Shown in pieces: positions 8,574-18,520 of a stretch of 64,000 nt of DNA (position 1 is its first letter; every line of letters begins with the position of its first letter). The stretch covers positions 1,536,001 through 1,600,000 of the forward strand of contig CAVOFT010000001.1 in assembly GCA_963695095.1 (NCBI GenBank), written 5' to 3'. The position numbers and the translations under genes were made by a program. The DNA comes from an uncultured bacterium (lineage in GTDB: Bacteria; Krumholzibacteriota; Krumholzibacteriia; JACNKJ01). The notes below the pieces were generated by a model, which saw nothing but the letters and a program-made list of their open reading frames with translations, was not told the origin of the DNA and searched no databases.

Positions 8574-10973
8574 GTGGCCCCCCTCGTGCTCAATCCGCCC
8601 CAGGAGGCCGCCGTCGCCCACGGCGCCGGTCCCTGCCTGGTCATCGCCGGCGCCGGCAGCGGCAAGACCCGCGTGCTCACCGAGCGCATCGGCCGCCTCG
8701 TCGCGGCCGGCACGCCGCCCTGGCGCATTCTCGGCTTCACCTTCACGAACAAGGCCGCCGGCGAGATGCGCCGCCGGCTCGAGGCCAGCCTCGGCCCCGC
8801 CGCCGGGCGGCTCTGGCTGGGCACTTTCCACGCGACGGGCGTGCGCATCCTGCGCCGCGAGTGGGAGGCGCTCGGCCTCGCGCGCGACTTCGGCATCTAC
8901 GATGCGGAGGATCAGCTCAGCCTGCTCAAGAGCGTGATGAAGGCGCTGGCCCTGCCCGAGGGCGGCTTGACGCCACAGGCGGCCCGCGCGGCCATCGAGC
9001 AGTTCAAGAATCAGCTCCTGGGCCCGGAGGCAGCCGCCGCCCAGGCCCAGGGCTACCGCGACGGGCTCGCGGCCCGGGTCTACGCGGCCTATCAGAAGGG
9101 GCTCGCGCGCGCGCAGGCCCTGGATTTCACCGACCTCATCGCCCTGCCCGTGCGGCTCTTCGCCGAGTCCGCCGCGGCGCGCGCGCGCTGGGCGGACCGC
9201 TTCGACTACGTGCTCGTCGACGAATTCCAGGACACCAATCCCCTGCAGATGCACTTCATCGAGCATCTGGCCAGCAGCTGCGGCAATCTCTTCGTGGTGG
9301 GGGACGACGACCAGTCCATCTACGGCTGGCGGGGCGCCGACCTCGCGCACATCCTGGACTTCGAGCGCCGGCACCCGGGTGCCGTGCTGATCCGCCTGGA
9401 ACAGAATTACCGCTCGACGCGGCCGATCCTCGAGAGCGCCAACGCGGTCATCGCCCACAATCGCCAGCGCAAGGGCAAGTCGCTGTGGACGTCCCGCAGC
9501 GAGGGCCAGCCGGTGCGCGTGGTGACCCTGCTCGACGAGGAAGAGGAGGCCGAGACCGTCGCCCGCCGCATCCGCAGCCTGGCGGCTCTCGGCACGCCGC
9601 TCGGCGGCTTCGCGGTACTCTATCGCACGCATGCGCAGAGCCGCGCCCTGGAGGCGGCACTCGCGCGCTATCGCCTGCCCTATCAGATCGTGGGGGGCAC
9701 GCGCTTCTACGACCGCCGGGAGATTCGCGATCTGCTCGCCTACCTGAAGGTGGCCGCCAATCCCGCCGACACGGTGAGCTTCGATCGCATCCTCAACGTG
9801 CCGCCGCGCGGCATCGGCAAGACCACCGAGGCGCGCCTCGTCGAGCTGGGCAGGCGCCTGGGCCTCGCGCCCGGCCTGCTCGTCACGGCCTTTCCCGAGC
9901 ACCTGGAGGCGCTGCCGGAGACCGCCGGCCGCCGGCTGGCGGAGTTCGGCCGCCTGCTCCTGTCCCTCGCCCCGCAGCCCGAGCTGGATGCGGCTCCCGA
10001 GGTGCTGGCGCGCCTGCTCGAGCGCGTGCCCTATCTCGAGTTTCTTGCCGCCGGCGATCCCATCCAGGCCGAGACGCGGCGCGAGAACGTGGCCGAGTTG
10101 CTGAGCGCCGCGCAGGCCTTCTTCGAGGCCCGCCTCTCCGAGGCGAGCGCGGGCGAGGCCCGCCCCGCCGCGCCGGACGGGGAGCCGGAGGCGGAGCCGC
10201 GCAGCGGCCAGCCGGGCTCGCTGCGCGACTTCCTGGCCGAGGTGGCCCTCGTGGCCGACATCGACAGCCATCGCGAGGGCGGCGAGCTGGTCACGCTGAT
10301 GACCCTGCACAATGCCAAGGGCCTGGAGTTCGACACGGTGTTCGTCTGCGGCGTCGAGGAGCAACTGCTGCCCCACGCACTCAGCATCGGCCAGGGCGGC
10401 GACGACGAGGGCGACGTCGAGGAAGAGCGGCGGCTCTTCTACGTGGGCCTGACGCGCGCCGCCAATCGGCTCTGGGTGCTGCACGCCCTCAATCGGCGTC
10501 GCTTCGGCGATACCCTGTCCGCGGCACCCAGCCGTTTCCTCGCCGAGCTGCCCGCGGAGTGGGTAGAGCGCGAGGGCGAGGAATTGCTCGGGCGCGCCGG
10601 ACTGTCCGCGACCGGCCTGAGCGGCTGGGGCGCCTGGAGCGGCAGCGGCCGCGCCGCAGCGGGAGCGCGGCGGGAGCCCGAGCGCAGCGCCGTCCCCTGG
10701 CGGCGGGATCTGCAGCGCGCGCCCCGCATCGGCGCCGCCGGCCGCGACGCCTTCTCCCAGGAGCCGCCCGGCGAGGACTTCGCGGGCGAATTCGAGCAGG
10801 ACGAGGAGGCCGCCGCCCTGCGCGTGGGCCTGCGCGTCGTCCATCCGAGCCTGGGCCCGGGGATCGTGCACAAGCTGGAGGGCAGCGGCGAGGACCTGCG
10901 GGTCATCGTGCTCTTCGACAGCAAGGGCGCGCGCAAGCTGCTGGCGCGGGTGGCCGGCCTGCGTCCGCTGTGA
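8574..10973 (+). CDS. pcrA: UvrD/PcrA ATP-dependent DNA helicase (start approximate)
   Basis: AGAGSGKT, VDEFQDTN, VGDDDQSIYGWRGA, LEQNYRST, TLHNAKGLEF, EERRLFYVGLTRA and C-terminal Tudor-like domain. Confidence 0.95.
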   Translation: MAPLVLNPPQEAAVAHGAGPCLVIAGAGSGKTRVLTERIGRLVAAGTPPWRILGFTFTNKAAGEMRRRLEASLGPAAGRLWLGTFHATGVRILRREWEALGLARDFGIYDAEDQLSLLKSVMKALALPEGGLTPQAARAAIEQFKNQLLGPEAAAAQAQGYRDGLAARVYAAYQKGLARAQALDFTDLIALPVRLFAESAAARARWADRFDYVLVDEFQDTNPLQMHFIEHLASSCGNLFVVGDDDQSIYGWRGADLAHILDFERRHPGAVLIRLEQNYRSTRPILESANAVIAHNRQRKGKSLWTSRSEGQPVRVVTLLDEEEEAETVARRIRSLAALGTPLGGFAVLYRTHAQSRALEAALARYRLPYQIVGGTRFYDRREIRDLLAYLKVAANPADTVSFDRILNVPPRGIGKTTEARLVELGRRLGLAPGLLVTAFPEHLEALPETAGRRLAEFGRLLLSLAPQPELDAAPEVLARLLERVPYLEFLAAGDPIQAETRRENVAELLSAAQAFFEARLSEASAGEARPAAPDGEPEAEPRSGQPGSLRDFLAEVALVADIDSHREGGELVTLMTLHNAKGLEFDTVFVCGVEEQLLPHALSIGQGGDDEGDVEEERRLFYVGLTRAANRLWVLHALNRRRFGDTLSAAPSRFLAELPAEWVEREGEELLGRAGLSATGLSGWGAWSGSGRAAAGARREPERSAVPWRRDLQRAPRIGAAGRDAFSQEPPGEDFAGEFEQDEEAAALRVGLRVVHPSLGPGIVHKLEGSGEDLRVIVLFDSKGARKLLARVAGLRPL

Positions 10974-11003
10974 GCCCCGGCCGCGGGGCCTGACCGAAGC
11001 GAG

Positions 11004-11321
11004 GTGGCCGCTGTGAAGATCGACCGCGCCCTGCTGCTCCGCCTGGAAGCGCTCTCCCGCCTCGAGCTGGGCGAGGCCGAGCGCGAGGCCATGGCGGCCG
11101 ACCTGACGCGCATCCTCGACTACGCCGAGAGCCTGAGCCTCTCCGCTGCGGCCTCCGAGGAGCCCAGCGCGCCCTGCGCGGGCGCCCTGCGCGAGGATGT
11201 TCCCGGCCTATCCCTTGATCCTGCGGCCCTGCAGGCCCTGGCGCCCCTTTGGGCAGCCGGGCACTTCCTCGTGCCGCCGGTGCTTCCGGGGCCCGAGGCC
11301 GAGCCGGACGGCGACCGATGA
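11004..11321 (+). CDS. gatC: Asp/Glu-tRNA amidotransferase subunit C
   Basis: LSRLEL...ILDY...LRED...FLVP pattern; overlaps gatA start (ATGA). Confidence 0.85.
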   Translation: MAAVKIDRALLLRLEALSRLELGEAEREAMAADLTRILDYAESLSLSAAASEEPSAPCAGALREDVPGLSLDPAALQALAPLWAAGHFLVPPVLPGPEAEPDGDR

Positions 11322-12790
11322 TCGCCGCCCTGGATCTCGGCGCTGCGCTGGCGGGGCTCGCGGCCGGCGACTTCCGGCCGGGGGCGCTCCGGCAGGAGCT
11401 GAACGTGCGCATCGACCGCTTCGACGGGCGGCTCGGCTGCTACCTGCATCGCGCCGAGGAGCCCCCTGCCGCCGGGGCCGCCAGGGGCGGCGCGCTCGGC
11501 GGCCTGCCCTTCACGCTCAAGGACAACATGAACCTGAGGGGCACGCCGACCACCTGCGCCTCGCGCTTGCTCGCCGGCTACGTCTCGCCCTACGACTGCA
11601 GCGCCGCCGCTCGCCTCCGGGCGGCCGGCGGCGTCTATCTCGGCAAGACCAACATGGACGAGTTCGCGATGGGCTCCTCGGGCGAGCACTCCGCCCGCGG
11701 CCCGACGCGGAATCCCTGGGACCTCGCGCGCTGCCCCGGCGGCTCCAGCAGCGGCAGCGCGGCGGCCGTCGCCGCCGACCTCGCCCTGGTCGCCCTGGGC
11801 AGCGACACCGGGGGCAGCATCCGTCTGCCGGCGGCCTTCTGCGGCATCGTGGGCGTGAAGCCGAGCTACGGGCGGGTCAGCCGCTACGGCCTCGTGGCCT
11901 TCGCCAGCAGCCTGGACCAGATCGGTCCCCTGGCCAAGACGGTGGCGGACGCCGCGCTCGTCCTCGAGCTGATCATGGGCCACGATGCTCAGGACGCCAC
12001 CACCCTGCGCGCGCCGGTGCCGGCGCTCAGGCCCGAACTCACGCGCAGCCTGCGCGGCCTGCGCCTGGGTCTGCCGAGGGAGCTGGAGCAACTCGCGCTC
12101 GATCCGGCCGTGCGCGCGGCCTGGGAGGAGGCGGCCCAGGCCCTGGCCGCCGAGGGCGCGCGCTGCGTCCCGGTGGGCCTGCCCCATCTCGACCGCGCCG
12201 TGGCCGCCTATGCCGTCCTCGCCAACGCCGAGGCGGCGAGCAATCTCGCGCGCTTCGACGGCCTGCGCTACGGGCAGCGCGCCGAGGGCGCGACCCTGGC
12301 GGCCACGCTCACGCGCAGCCGCAGCGAGGGCTTCGGCCCCGAGGTCAAGCGGCGCATCCTGCTGGGCAACTTCGCCCTCGCCAGCGGCTACTACGAGGCC
12401 TACTACCTGCGCGCCCAGGCGCTGCGCCGGCGCCTCGCCGCCGACTTCACGGCGGCCTTCGCGGACTGCGATGCCATCCTCCTGCCCACGGCGGCCACGC
12501 CGGCCTTTCGCCTCGGCGAGAAGCTGGCCGATCCGCTGGCGATGTACCTCACGGATCTGCTCACCCTGCCCGCCAGCCTGGCGGGCCTGCCGGCGGCCAG
12601 CGTGCCCACGGCCGTGGCGGGCGGACTGCCGCTGGGCATGCAGCTCGTGACGCGCTACCTCGACGAAGCCACGCTGATCCGCGCCGCTGCCGGTCTGGAG
12701 CGCTGCTTCCCCTTCGGCGATCGCCGCCGGCGCGCCGTGGCGGCCGCGCTGGGCGCTCCCGCGGCCGCGAGCGAGGAGGGCGCGCCATGA
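11318..12790 (+). CDS. gatA: Asp/Glu-tRNA amidotransferase subunit A
   Basis: Amidase signature [48 protein letters not shown]. Confidence 0.95.
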   Translation: MIAALDLGAALAGLAAGDFRPGALRQELNVRIDRFDGRLGCYLHRAEEPPAAGAARGGALGGLPFTLKDNMNLRGTPTTCASRLLAGYVSPYDCSAAARLRAAGGVYLGKTNMDEFAMGSSGEHSARGPTRNPWDLARCPGGSSSGSAAAVAADLALVALGSDTGGSIRLPAAFCGIVGVKPSYGRVSRYGLVAFASSLDQIGPLAKTVADAALVLELIMGHDAQDATTLRAPVPALRPELTRSLRGLRLGLPRELEQLALDPAVRAAWEEAAQALAAEGARCVPVGLPHLDRAVAAYAVLANAEAASNLARFDGLRYGQRAEGATLAATLTRSRSEGFGPEVKRRILLGNFALASGYYEAYYLRAQALRRRLAADFTAAFADCDAILLPTAATPAFRLGEKLADPLAMYLTDLLTLPASLAGLPAASVPTAVAGGLPLGMQLVTRYLDEATLIRAAAGLERCFPFGDRRRRAVAAALGAPAAASEEGAP

Positions 12791-14262
12791 GCGAGTCGCC
12801 GGCGGGCTGGGAAGTGGTGATCGGCCTGGAGGTGCACGCCCAGCTCAGGACGGCGAGCAAGATCTTCTGCGCCTGCGCGGCCAGCTTCGGCGGCGAGCCC
12901 AACAGCCGCTGCTGCCCGGTATGCCTGGGCCTGCCCGGCGCCCTGCCCGTGCTCAATCGACAGGCGGTGGCCCTTGCGCTGCGCGTGGCCCTGGCCACGG
13001 ATTGCCGCGTCGCGCCGATCAGCCTGTTCGCCCGCAAGCACTACTTCTATCCGGATCTGCCCAAGGGCTATCAGATCACCCAGTACGAGCAGCCGCTGGC
13101 CGAGGCCGGGCAGCTGGAGATCGCCCTCGCCGGCGAGCGGCGGCGCATCCGCATTCGCCGCATCCATCTCGAGGAGGATGCCGGCAAGAGCCTGCACGGC
13201 GGGGGCGGCAGCCGGGTCGATCTCAACCGCGCCGGTCAGCCCCTGGTCGAGATCGTCAGCGAGCCGGACATCGGCCGGCCCGAGGAGGCGCATGCCTACC
13301 TCACGCGCCTGCGCCAGCTGCTCGTCTACCTGGAGGTCTGCGACGGCAGCATGGAGGAGGGCAGTCTGCGCTGCGACGCGAACCTTTCGCTGCGCCGGCC
13401 GGGGGCGGCCCTCGGCGTCAAGACAGAGCTGAAGAATCTCAACTCCTTCCGCGGCGTGGAGGCGGCCCTGCACAGCGAGATCGCCCGCCAGGCGGCGCTG
13501 CTCGACGCCGGTGGCAGCGTGGAGCCCGAAACCCTGCTCTGGGATGCGGGGGCGCGCCGGGCGCGGCCCATGCGCGGCAAGGAGGAGACGGAGGACTATC
13601 GCTACCTGCCCGAGCCCGACCTGCCGCCCCTGGCCGTGGACGGCCCCTGGCTGGCGCAAGTCCGCGCCGCCCTGCCCGAGCTACCGGTCGCTCGCGCCGC
13701 GCGATTCCAGGAGGTGCTGGGCCTGCCCGCCTACGATGCCGAGCTGCTCACGGCCGAGCCCGACCTGGCCGCCTACTTCGAAGCCGTGGTGGCCGCGCTC
13801 GGCGACGCCAAGCTCGCCGCCAACTGGGTGATGGGGGAGGTCCTGCGCCGCTCAGAGCCCGGGGTGCCCCTGGCGGCCTTTCCGGTGAGCCCGGCGGCCC
13901 TGGCCGATCTGCTCGGCCGGGTGCGGGCCGACGAACTGAGCAACAGCGCGGCCAAGACGGTCTTCGAGCGCATGGCCGCCGAGGGGGGCGAGGCGGCCGC
14001 GTGGATCGAGCGCCTCGGCCTCCAGCGCCTGGACGACAGCGCCGCCCTCGCCCGGCAGGCGGAGGCCGTCATCGCGGCGAGCCCGCAGGAGCTGGCCCGC
14101 TACCGGGGCGGTGAGGCGAAGCTCTTCGGCTGGTTCGTGGGCCAGCTGATGGCGGCCAGCGCCGGCCGGGCGGATCCGCGCGAGGCGGCGCGCCTCCTGC
14201 GCGAGCGGCTGGACGCTCCCGGCGGCGGGGGGCCGGCGGCGCCCGGCGATCGGTCCCGCTAG
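12787..14262 (+). CDS. gatB: Asp/Glu-tRNA amidotransferase subunit B
   Basis: [51 protein letters not shown] at 12787 overlaps the gatA stop. Confidence 0.95.
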   Translation: MSESPAGWEVVIGLEVHAQLRTASKIFCACAASFGGEPNSRCCPVCLGLPGALPVLNRQAVALALRVALATDCRVAPISLFARKHYFYPDLPKGYQITQYEQPLAEAGQLEIALAGERRRIRIRRIHLEEDAGKSLHGGGGSRVDLNRAGQPLVEIVSEPDIGRPEEAHAYLTRLRQLLVYLEVCDGSMEEGSLRCDANLSLRRPGAALGVKTELKNLNSFRGVEAALHSEIARQAALLDAGGSVEPETLLWDAGARRARPMRGKEETEDYRYLPEPDLPPLAVDGPWLAQVRAALPELPVARAARFQEVLGLPAYDAELLTAEPDLAAYFEAVVAALGDAKLAANWVMGEVLRRSEPGVPLAAFPVSPAALADLLGRVRADELSNSAAKTVFERMAAEGGEAAAWIERLGLQRLDDSAALARQAEAVIAASPQELARYRGGEAKLFGWFVGQLMAASAGRADPREAARLLRERLDAPGGGGPAAPGDRSR

Positions 14263-15041
14263 CGGTCCCGCCAGCGCGGGGGCCGTCTCTCGAGAAATGC
14301 TCGCTGGGCTTCGCGGAAGTCCTCGCTCTGCCAGGCGGCGTGGCGCAGGCCGGCGATGTCGGCCAGGAGGTCGGGCGCCAGGGCCTCGGCGGCCTCGAGC
14401 AGGCGCAGGCTGCGCCGGGTCCCGCGCAGGGCGCCGGGCGCGGCGGCGAGCAGGCTGGTCATCAGCTCGTCCGCCGCAGCGGCGAGACCTGCCGGCGCTG
14501 CGAGGCGGCAGAGAAAACCCGCGCGCAGGGCCCGTCGGGCCCCGATCGGCTCGCCGGTGAGCAGCAATTCACGGGCGAGGGGGGCGCCGAAGGCTGTCTG
14601 GAGGCGCCGCATCCCCGTCGGGCTGTAGATGAGGCCCAGGCGCAGCGCCGGCACCGCGAAGCGCGCCGTGGGCACGGCCAGGCGCAGATCCGCGCAGCAG
14701 AGCAGCTCGACGGCGCCGCCCCAGGCGTCGCCCTGGATGGCGGCCAGGATAGGCGCCGGGTAATCCCAGAGCGCGGCCATCACCTGCTCGAAGGGGGCGC
14801 CGGCCCGCACCGCCGGGTCGGCGTGGAAGATGGCCTCCGGAATCGCATCGATGGGGTAGCCCGTGCTGAAGTGCTTGCCCTCGGCGGCCAGGATGAAGGG
14901 CGGCGCGCCGTCGCGAGCGAGCTCGGCGATCGCGGCCAGCAGTTCGCCCAGCAAGGCTGTGTCGAGCAGATTGCGCGGCGGTGCAGCGAGGCTGAGCAGG
15001 GCGTGCTGCGCGCGGCGGTCGACCTTGAGGCTCTTGCTCAT
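14259..15041 (-). CDS. Crotonase-superfamily enzyme, methylmalonyl-CoA decarboxylase (ScpB)-like
   Basis: [33 protein letters not shown]; lacks the second catalytic Glu of hydratases. Confidence 0.75.
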   Translation of the reverse strand: MSKSLKVDRRAQHALLSLAAPPRNLLDTALLGELLAAIAELARDGAPPFILAAEGKHFSTGYPIDAIPEAIFHADPAVRAGAPFEQVMAALWDYPAPILAAIQGDAWGGAVELLCCADLRLAVPTARFAVPALRLGLIYSPTGMRRLQTAFGAPLARELLLTGEPIGARRALRAGFLCRLAAPAGLAAAADELMTSLLAAAPGALRGTRRSLRLLEAAEALAPDLLADIAGLRHAAWQSEDFREAQRAFLERRPPRWRDR

Positions 15042-15144
15042 GGCGGCAGACTAGGACGGCAGGGCTTCAGGGGCAAGTGCTGCAATTGAAGCAGGCCGCA
15101 AAGCCGCCGACCCCTGCGATTCCGGCCGCGGAGGCGGCGAGGCA

Positions 15145-15177
15145 CAAGAAAACGCGGGAGGCCAAAGCCTCCCGCGT
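15145..15177 (-). terminator. Intrinsic terminator of the dockerin-like gene
   Basis: 11-bp perfect stem ACGCGGGAGGC/GCCTCCCGCGT with a 4-nt loop, followed on the minus strand by TTTTCTT. Confidence 0.8.
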
Positions 15178-15240
15178 ACCTGCTACATGGGCAAGCTTGA
15201 TTGCCCGGTCTCGCCCTAGCGTGCTCACACGCCGTCGCGA

Positions 15241-15888
15241 CTAGGGGCAAACGCTGCTGTTGAAGTAGCTAGCGAAAATGCCGAAGTCCGCAACGGTGGT
15301 GGTGCCGTTCTCGTTGTAGTCGTGGCAAGGATCGCAGCCGGCCGTGCAGTTGAAATCGGAAGCAAACTTGCCGAAATCGGCCACGCTGCATGCCAGGTCG
15401 CCGTTGAGGTCGACGCTGTCGAAGGACACGCAAACGGGGTTGTTGCCGTTCAGCACGATGCCCAGAGCGTAGACATACAGGTCCGTATTATCGCAGTTCA
15501 CGCCATTGCCGGCATCGCCGTTGACGCCGCCGTAGATGGTGCCCGTGAACATGGTGTGACCCGCAACATCCGTGCCCGCATCGGCCTGGCTGCCCGCCGC
15601 CGCGCCACCGCAAGCGACGAGATTGCCGGGACGATCCAACCACAGATCCGTGGCCGCCAGGGTGGCGACGGCATCGCCGTTGATGTCCAGGACCGTGACA
15701 TGGATGGTGTAGTCGTTGGTGCCCTCGATCAGGGTCTCACCGCCGCCCGGGGCGATGGTGAAGCGGCCGCAGTTGTCCGCGGACGCCGTAGAATTGTTCG
15801 TATCCGGGATGCCAGCGCTTGCCCCCACCGCCAGGCCAAGAACGCACACGGCTGCCAGAGCAAGAGAGATGATATTCCTCATGGCCAT
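15241..15888 (-). CDS. Secreted Cys-rich protein with C-terminal dockerin-like Ca-binding repeats
   Basis: AGGAGG RBS, signal peptide, two loop-helix motifs DLNGDLACSVADFGKFASDF and DYNENGTTTVADFGIFASYF. Confidence 0.75.
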   Translation of the reverse strand: MAMRNIISLALAAVCVLGLAVGASAGIPDTNNSTASADNCGRFTIAPGGGETLIEGTNDYTIHVTVLDINGDAVATLAATDLWLDRPGNLVACGGAAAGSQADAGTDVAGHTMFTGTIYGGVNGDAGNGVNCDNTDLYVYALGIVLNGNNPVCVSFDSVDLNGDLACSVADFGKFASDFNCTAGCDPCHDYNENGTTTVADFGIFASYFNSSVCP

Positions 15889-16056
15889 TCGAAACCTCCT
15901 AAAAGGTAGACTAGGCCCCCGGTAAGGTTGTCACGCTCAGTGCAAGTCTTCCCGTAGGGCTCAACCGGTCAGCAGGGGCGCTATCCATGGCGGGAGCCAG
16001 TTTCGGCCCCCACCACCCATGAGCAGGATGAAGCACATGGGGCGAGAGACAGGGCT

Positions 16057-16086
16057 ATTATACTCCGAAGGCGGAAAAGCGGTCAA
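16057..16086 (-). promoter_or_regulatory. Sigma70-type promoter of the dockerin-like gene
   Basis: Minus strand TTGACC-N18-TATAAT, about 160 nt upstream of the start codon. Confidence 0.7.
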
Positions 16087-16144
16087 CGGGGAAACCTAGG
16101 GGATATCAAGGAGCTGAAAGACTTTCCCGCCCGGGGCAGGCGGC

Positions 16145-16480
16145 TCAGAGCTCCTCGGCGAGGCCCCAGAGGGACTCAACCGGCAAGGTGAAGGCGATCC
16201 CGGTCCCCCGACCCGCCAGGGGGCCGCAGATCCGCTGCAGCAGCGCCACTGCCTGTTCGGCCTTGCCCTGATCGGTCACCGAGAGCAGCAGGCGGTGCCG
16301 GCCGTCCCCACCGGGGAACAGGCCCCTCAGGCCGGCGAAGATGGGCACCTCCTGGGCCAGGTACTCGCCCATGCCCTGGGCGCTCAAGATCGTGGCGCCC
16401 TGGATGCCGAGCTCGAGAAAGCCCTCCAGGACTTCCTCCAGATTCTGGGCATCGCTGAGAACGATGGCGAGCAGGACCAC
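16145..16480 (-). CDS. P-II-like signal transduction protein
   Basis: GGGAG RBS before GTG at 16480; 111 aa; LGIQGATIL.AQGMG and GTGIAFTLPV match the GlnB-like fold pattern. Confidence 0.7.
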   Translation of the reverse strand: MVLLAIVLSDAQNLEEVLEGFLELGIQGATILSAQGMGEYLAQEVPIFAGLRGLFPGGDGRHRLLLSVTDQGKAEQAVALLQRICGPLAGRGTGIAFTLPVESLWGLAEEL

Positions 16481-16559
16481 GTCGACTCCCGGTGCTGGCG
16501 ACAGTGCGATGTTCCCGGCCGTCCCGCGCGAAGTCAAGCGCGAAGCGTTCGCCCCACGG

Positions 16560-16588
16560 TTGACAGCTCCCGGGGCGCTCCGTAGAGT
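16560..16588 (+). promoter_or_regulatory. Sigma70-type promoter of the ABC transporter operon
   Basis: TTGACA-N17-TAGAGT. Confidence 0.65.
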
Positions 16589-16644
16589 CCGACGCGCCGG
16601 CGCGGCCACGGCCGCAGGCGTCACCTCAGCCGAAGCCGTTACTG

Positions 16645-17634
16645 ATGGCCAGCGCACCCCCAATCGAGAGCCCCGAGCTCGCCCGGCGCCAGCGCCGCCG
16701 CCGCGATGGCGCCGGCGCCCTGCTCTACGTGGTCCCCGCCCTGGCCATCGTCCTCATCTTCCGCTTCGTTCCCATCGTCGCCGCCTTCGCCTTCAGCTTC
16801 TACGAGATCAAGATGGGGGCCCTCGTCGGCTTCGTCGGCCTCGGCCACTATGCGAAGCTCTTCCAGGATCCCAGCTTCTGGCACTCGCTGGCGACGACGC
16901 TCTGGTTCGTGCTCGGCACCGTGCCGCCTGCCATCTTCGGCTCGCTATTCTTCGCGCTGCTCCTGAATCGCAAGATCAAGGCCCTGGGCTTCTACCGCAC
17001 GCTCTACTTCATGCCGGTGGTGACGAGCATGGTGGCCGTGGCCGTGATCTGGAAGTGGATCCTCGAGCCCGAGCTGGGCATCCTCAACTTCCTGCTCGAG
17101 AAGCTGCACCTGGGCCGACCGGGCTGGCTGGGGGAAAGCCGCGGCGTCTTCCAGCTGCTCGTCGACCCGCAGAGCCGCTGGCTGCCCGGTTGGGCGGGGG
17201 GGCCGAGCCTGGCCCTGGTCAGCCTGGCCATCGTCAACACCTGGAAAGGGCTGGGCTACAACATCGTCATCTTTCTCGCCGGTCTGCAGAACATCCCCCA
17301 GCAGCAGTACGAGGCCGCCCGCATCGACGGCGCCGGCACCTGGCAGCTCTTCCGGCACGTCACCTGGCCCATCCTCAGCCCGACCACCTTCTACGTCTTC
17401 ATCATGAGCACCATCGTCAGCTTCCAGACCTTCAGCCTGGTCTACCTGATGACCTCCCCGCCGGGCGGTCCCGAGGACACGACGAAGGTGCTCGTCTACT
17501 ACCTCTTCGACAAGGGCTTCACGCCGCCGGCCAGCCTGGGCCGCGCGAGCGCGGTGGCCCTCGTGCTCTTCCTCATCATCCTCGGGCTCACGCTCGTCCA
17601 GCGCCGGCTGGCCGAGCGGCGGGTCCACTACTAG
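16645..17634 (+). CDS. Carbohydrate ABC transporter permease (UgpA/MalF-like)
   Basis: Multiple TM segments; EAA motif GLQNIPQQQYEAARIDGA. Confidence 0.92.
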   Translation: MASAPPIESPELARRQRRRRDGAGALLYVVPALAIVLIFRFVPIVAAFAFSFYEIKMGALVGFVGLGHYAKLFQDPSFWHSLATTLWFVLGTVPPAIFGSLFFALLLNRKIKALGFYRTLYFMPVVTSMVAVAVIWKWILEPELGILNFLLEKLHLGRPGWLGESRGVFQLLVDPQSRWLPGWAGGPSLALVSLAIVNTWKGLGYNIVIFLAGLQNIPQQQYEAARIDGAGTWQLFRHVTWPILSPTTFYVFIMSTIVSFQTFSLVYLMTSPPGGPEDTTKVLVYYLFDKGFTPPASLGRASAVALVLFLIILGLTLVQRRLAERRVHY

Positions 17635-17643
17635 GGGGCGGCG

Positions 17644-18518
17644 GTGGGCATTGGCACGCGGCTGGCGCGGCGCGGCGGGATCCATCTGCTGCTGATCGCC
17701 TTCGGCCTCAGCATGGTGCTGCCCTTCCTGTGGATGGTCTCCACCTCCCTGCGCTCGACGCTGGAAATCACCCGCGATCCGCATCGCTTCGTGCCCGAGG
17801 TGCTGGTGGGTGGCGAAGCGCCCGCGGCCGGTCCGCAGGGCTTCGCGCGCGTGGTCGCCAACTACGTGGAGGCCTGGCAGAGCGCGCCTTTCGGCCGCTA
17901 CTTCTTCAATACCGTGGCCGTGGCCCTCTCCTGCCTGGCCGGCGTCGTCGTCACCAGCGCGCTGGCCGCCTATGCCTTCGCGCGCCTGCGCTTCCGCGGC
18001 CGCGACGCGCTCTTCCTGCTGTTCCTGAGCATGATGATGGTGCCCGAGCCCGTCTACCTGGTGCCGAGCTTCATCATCATCGCTCGCCTGGGCTGGCTCG
18101 ACACCTATGCGCCCTCATCGTGCCCTGGACGGTGAACGTCTTCTCGATCTTCCTGCTCCGGCAGCACTTCAAGACGATCCCCCAGGACCTCTTCGACGCG
18201 GCCACCATCGACGGCGCCACCCGCTTCGGGGTGCTCTGGCGCATCGTGATGCCCCTGTCCAAGGCCGTGCTGGTGACGATCTCGCTCTTCACCATCATCG
18301 GCACCTGGAACTCCTTCCTCTGGCCCCTGGTGATGACCCACAGCCCCGAGATGCGCCCCCTGCAGATCGGGCTGGCCGCCTTCAGCCAGGAGGAGGGCGC
18401 CGAGTACGGCCTGATGATGGCCGCCACCACGCTCAGCGTCGTGCCGCTGCTCGTGCTCTACTTCTTCGCCCAGCGCCAGATCATCGCCAGCCTCGCCTCC
18501 AGCGGCCTGAAGGAGTAG
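17644..18518 (+). CDS. Carbohydrate ABC transporter permease (UgpE/MalG-like), apparent frameshift near 18110
   Basis: LAAYAFARLRFRGR...LGWLDTY in one frame continues as ALIVPW...IPQDLFDAATIDGA in another. Confidence 0.88.
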
Positions 18519-18520
18519 CG

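Noticed and set aside
5381..8896. Very long opposite-strand and alternate-frame ORFs (for example 5381..8896 minus, 8379..10871 minus, 44507..46699 plus)
   Set aside because: Shadow ORFs expected in very GC-rich DNA; they overlap well-supported genes and have Arg/Ala/Pro-rich, motif-free translations.
11197..14262. Apparent 1021-aa GatB with a long N-terminal extension
   Set aside because: The extension is an off-frame read of gatA; the real start is the ATG at 12787 with a GAGGAGG RBS.
16139..16147. GGCGGCTCA matching the tRNA-Lys 3' end as a possible att site
   Set aside because: Only 9 nt, GC-rich, and core genes lie between the two positions.
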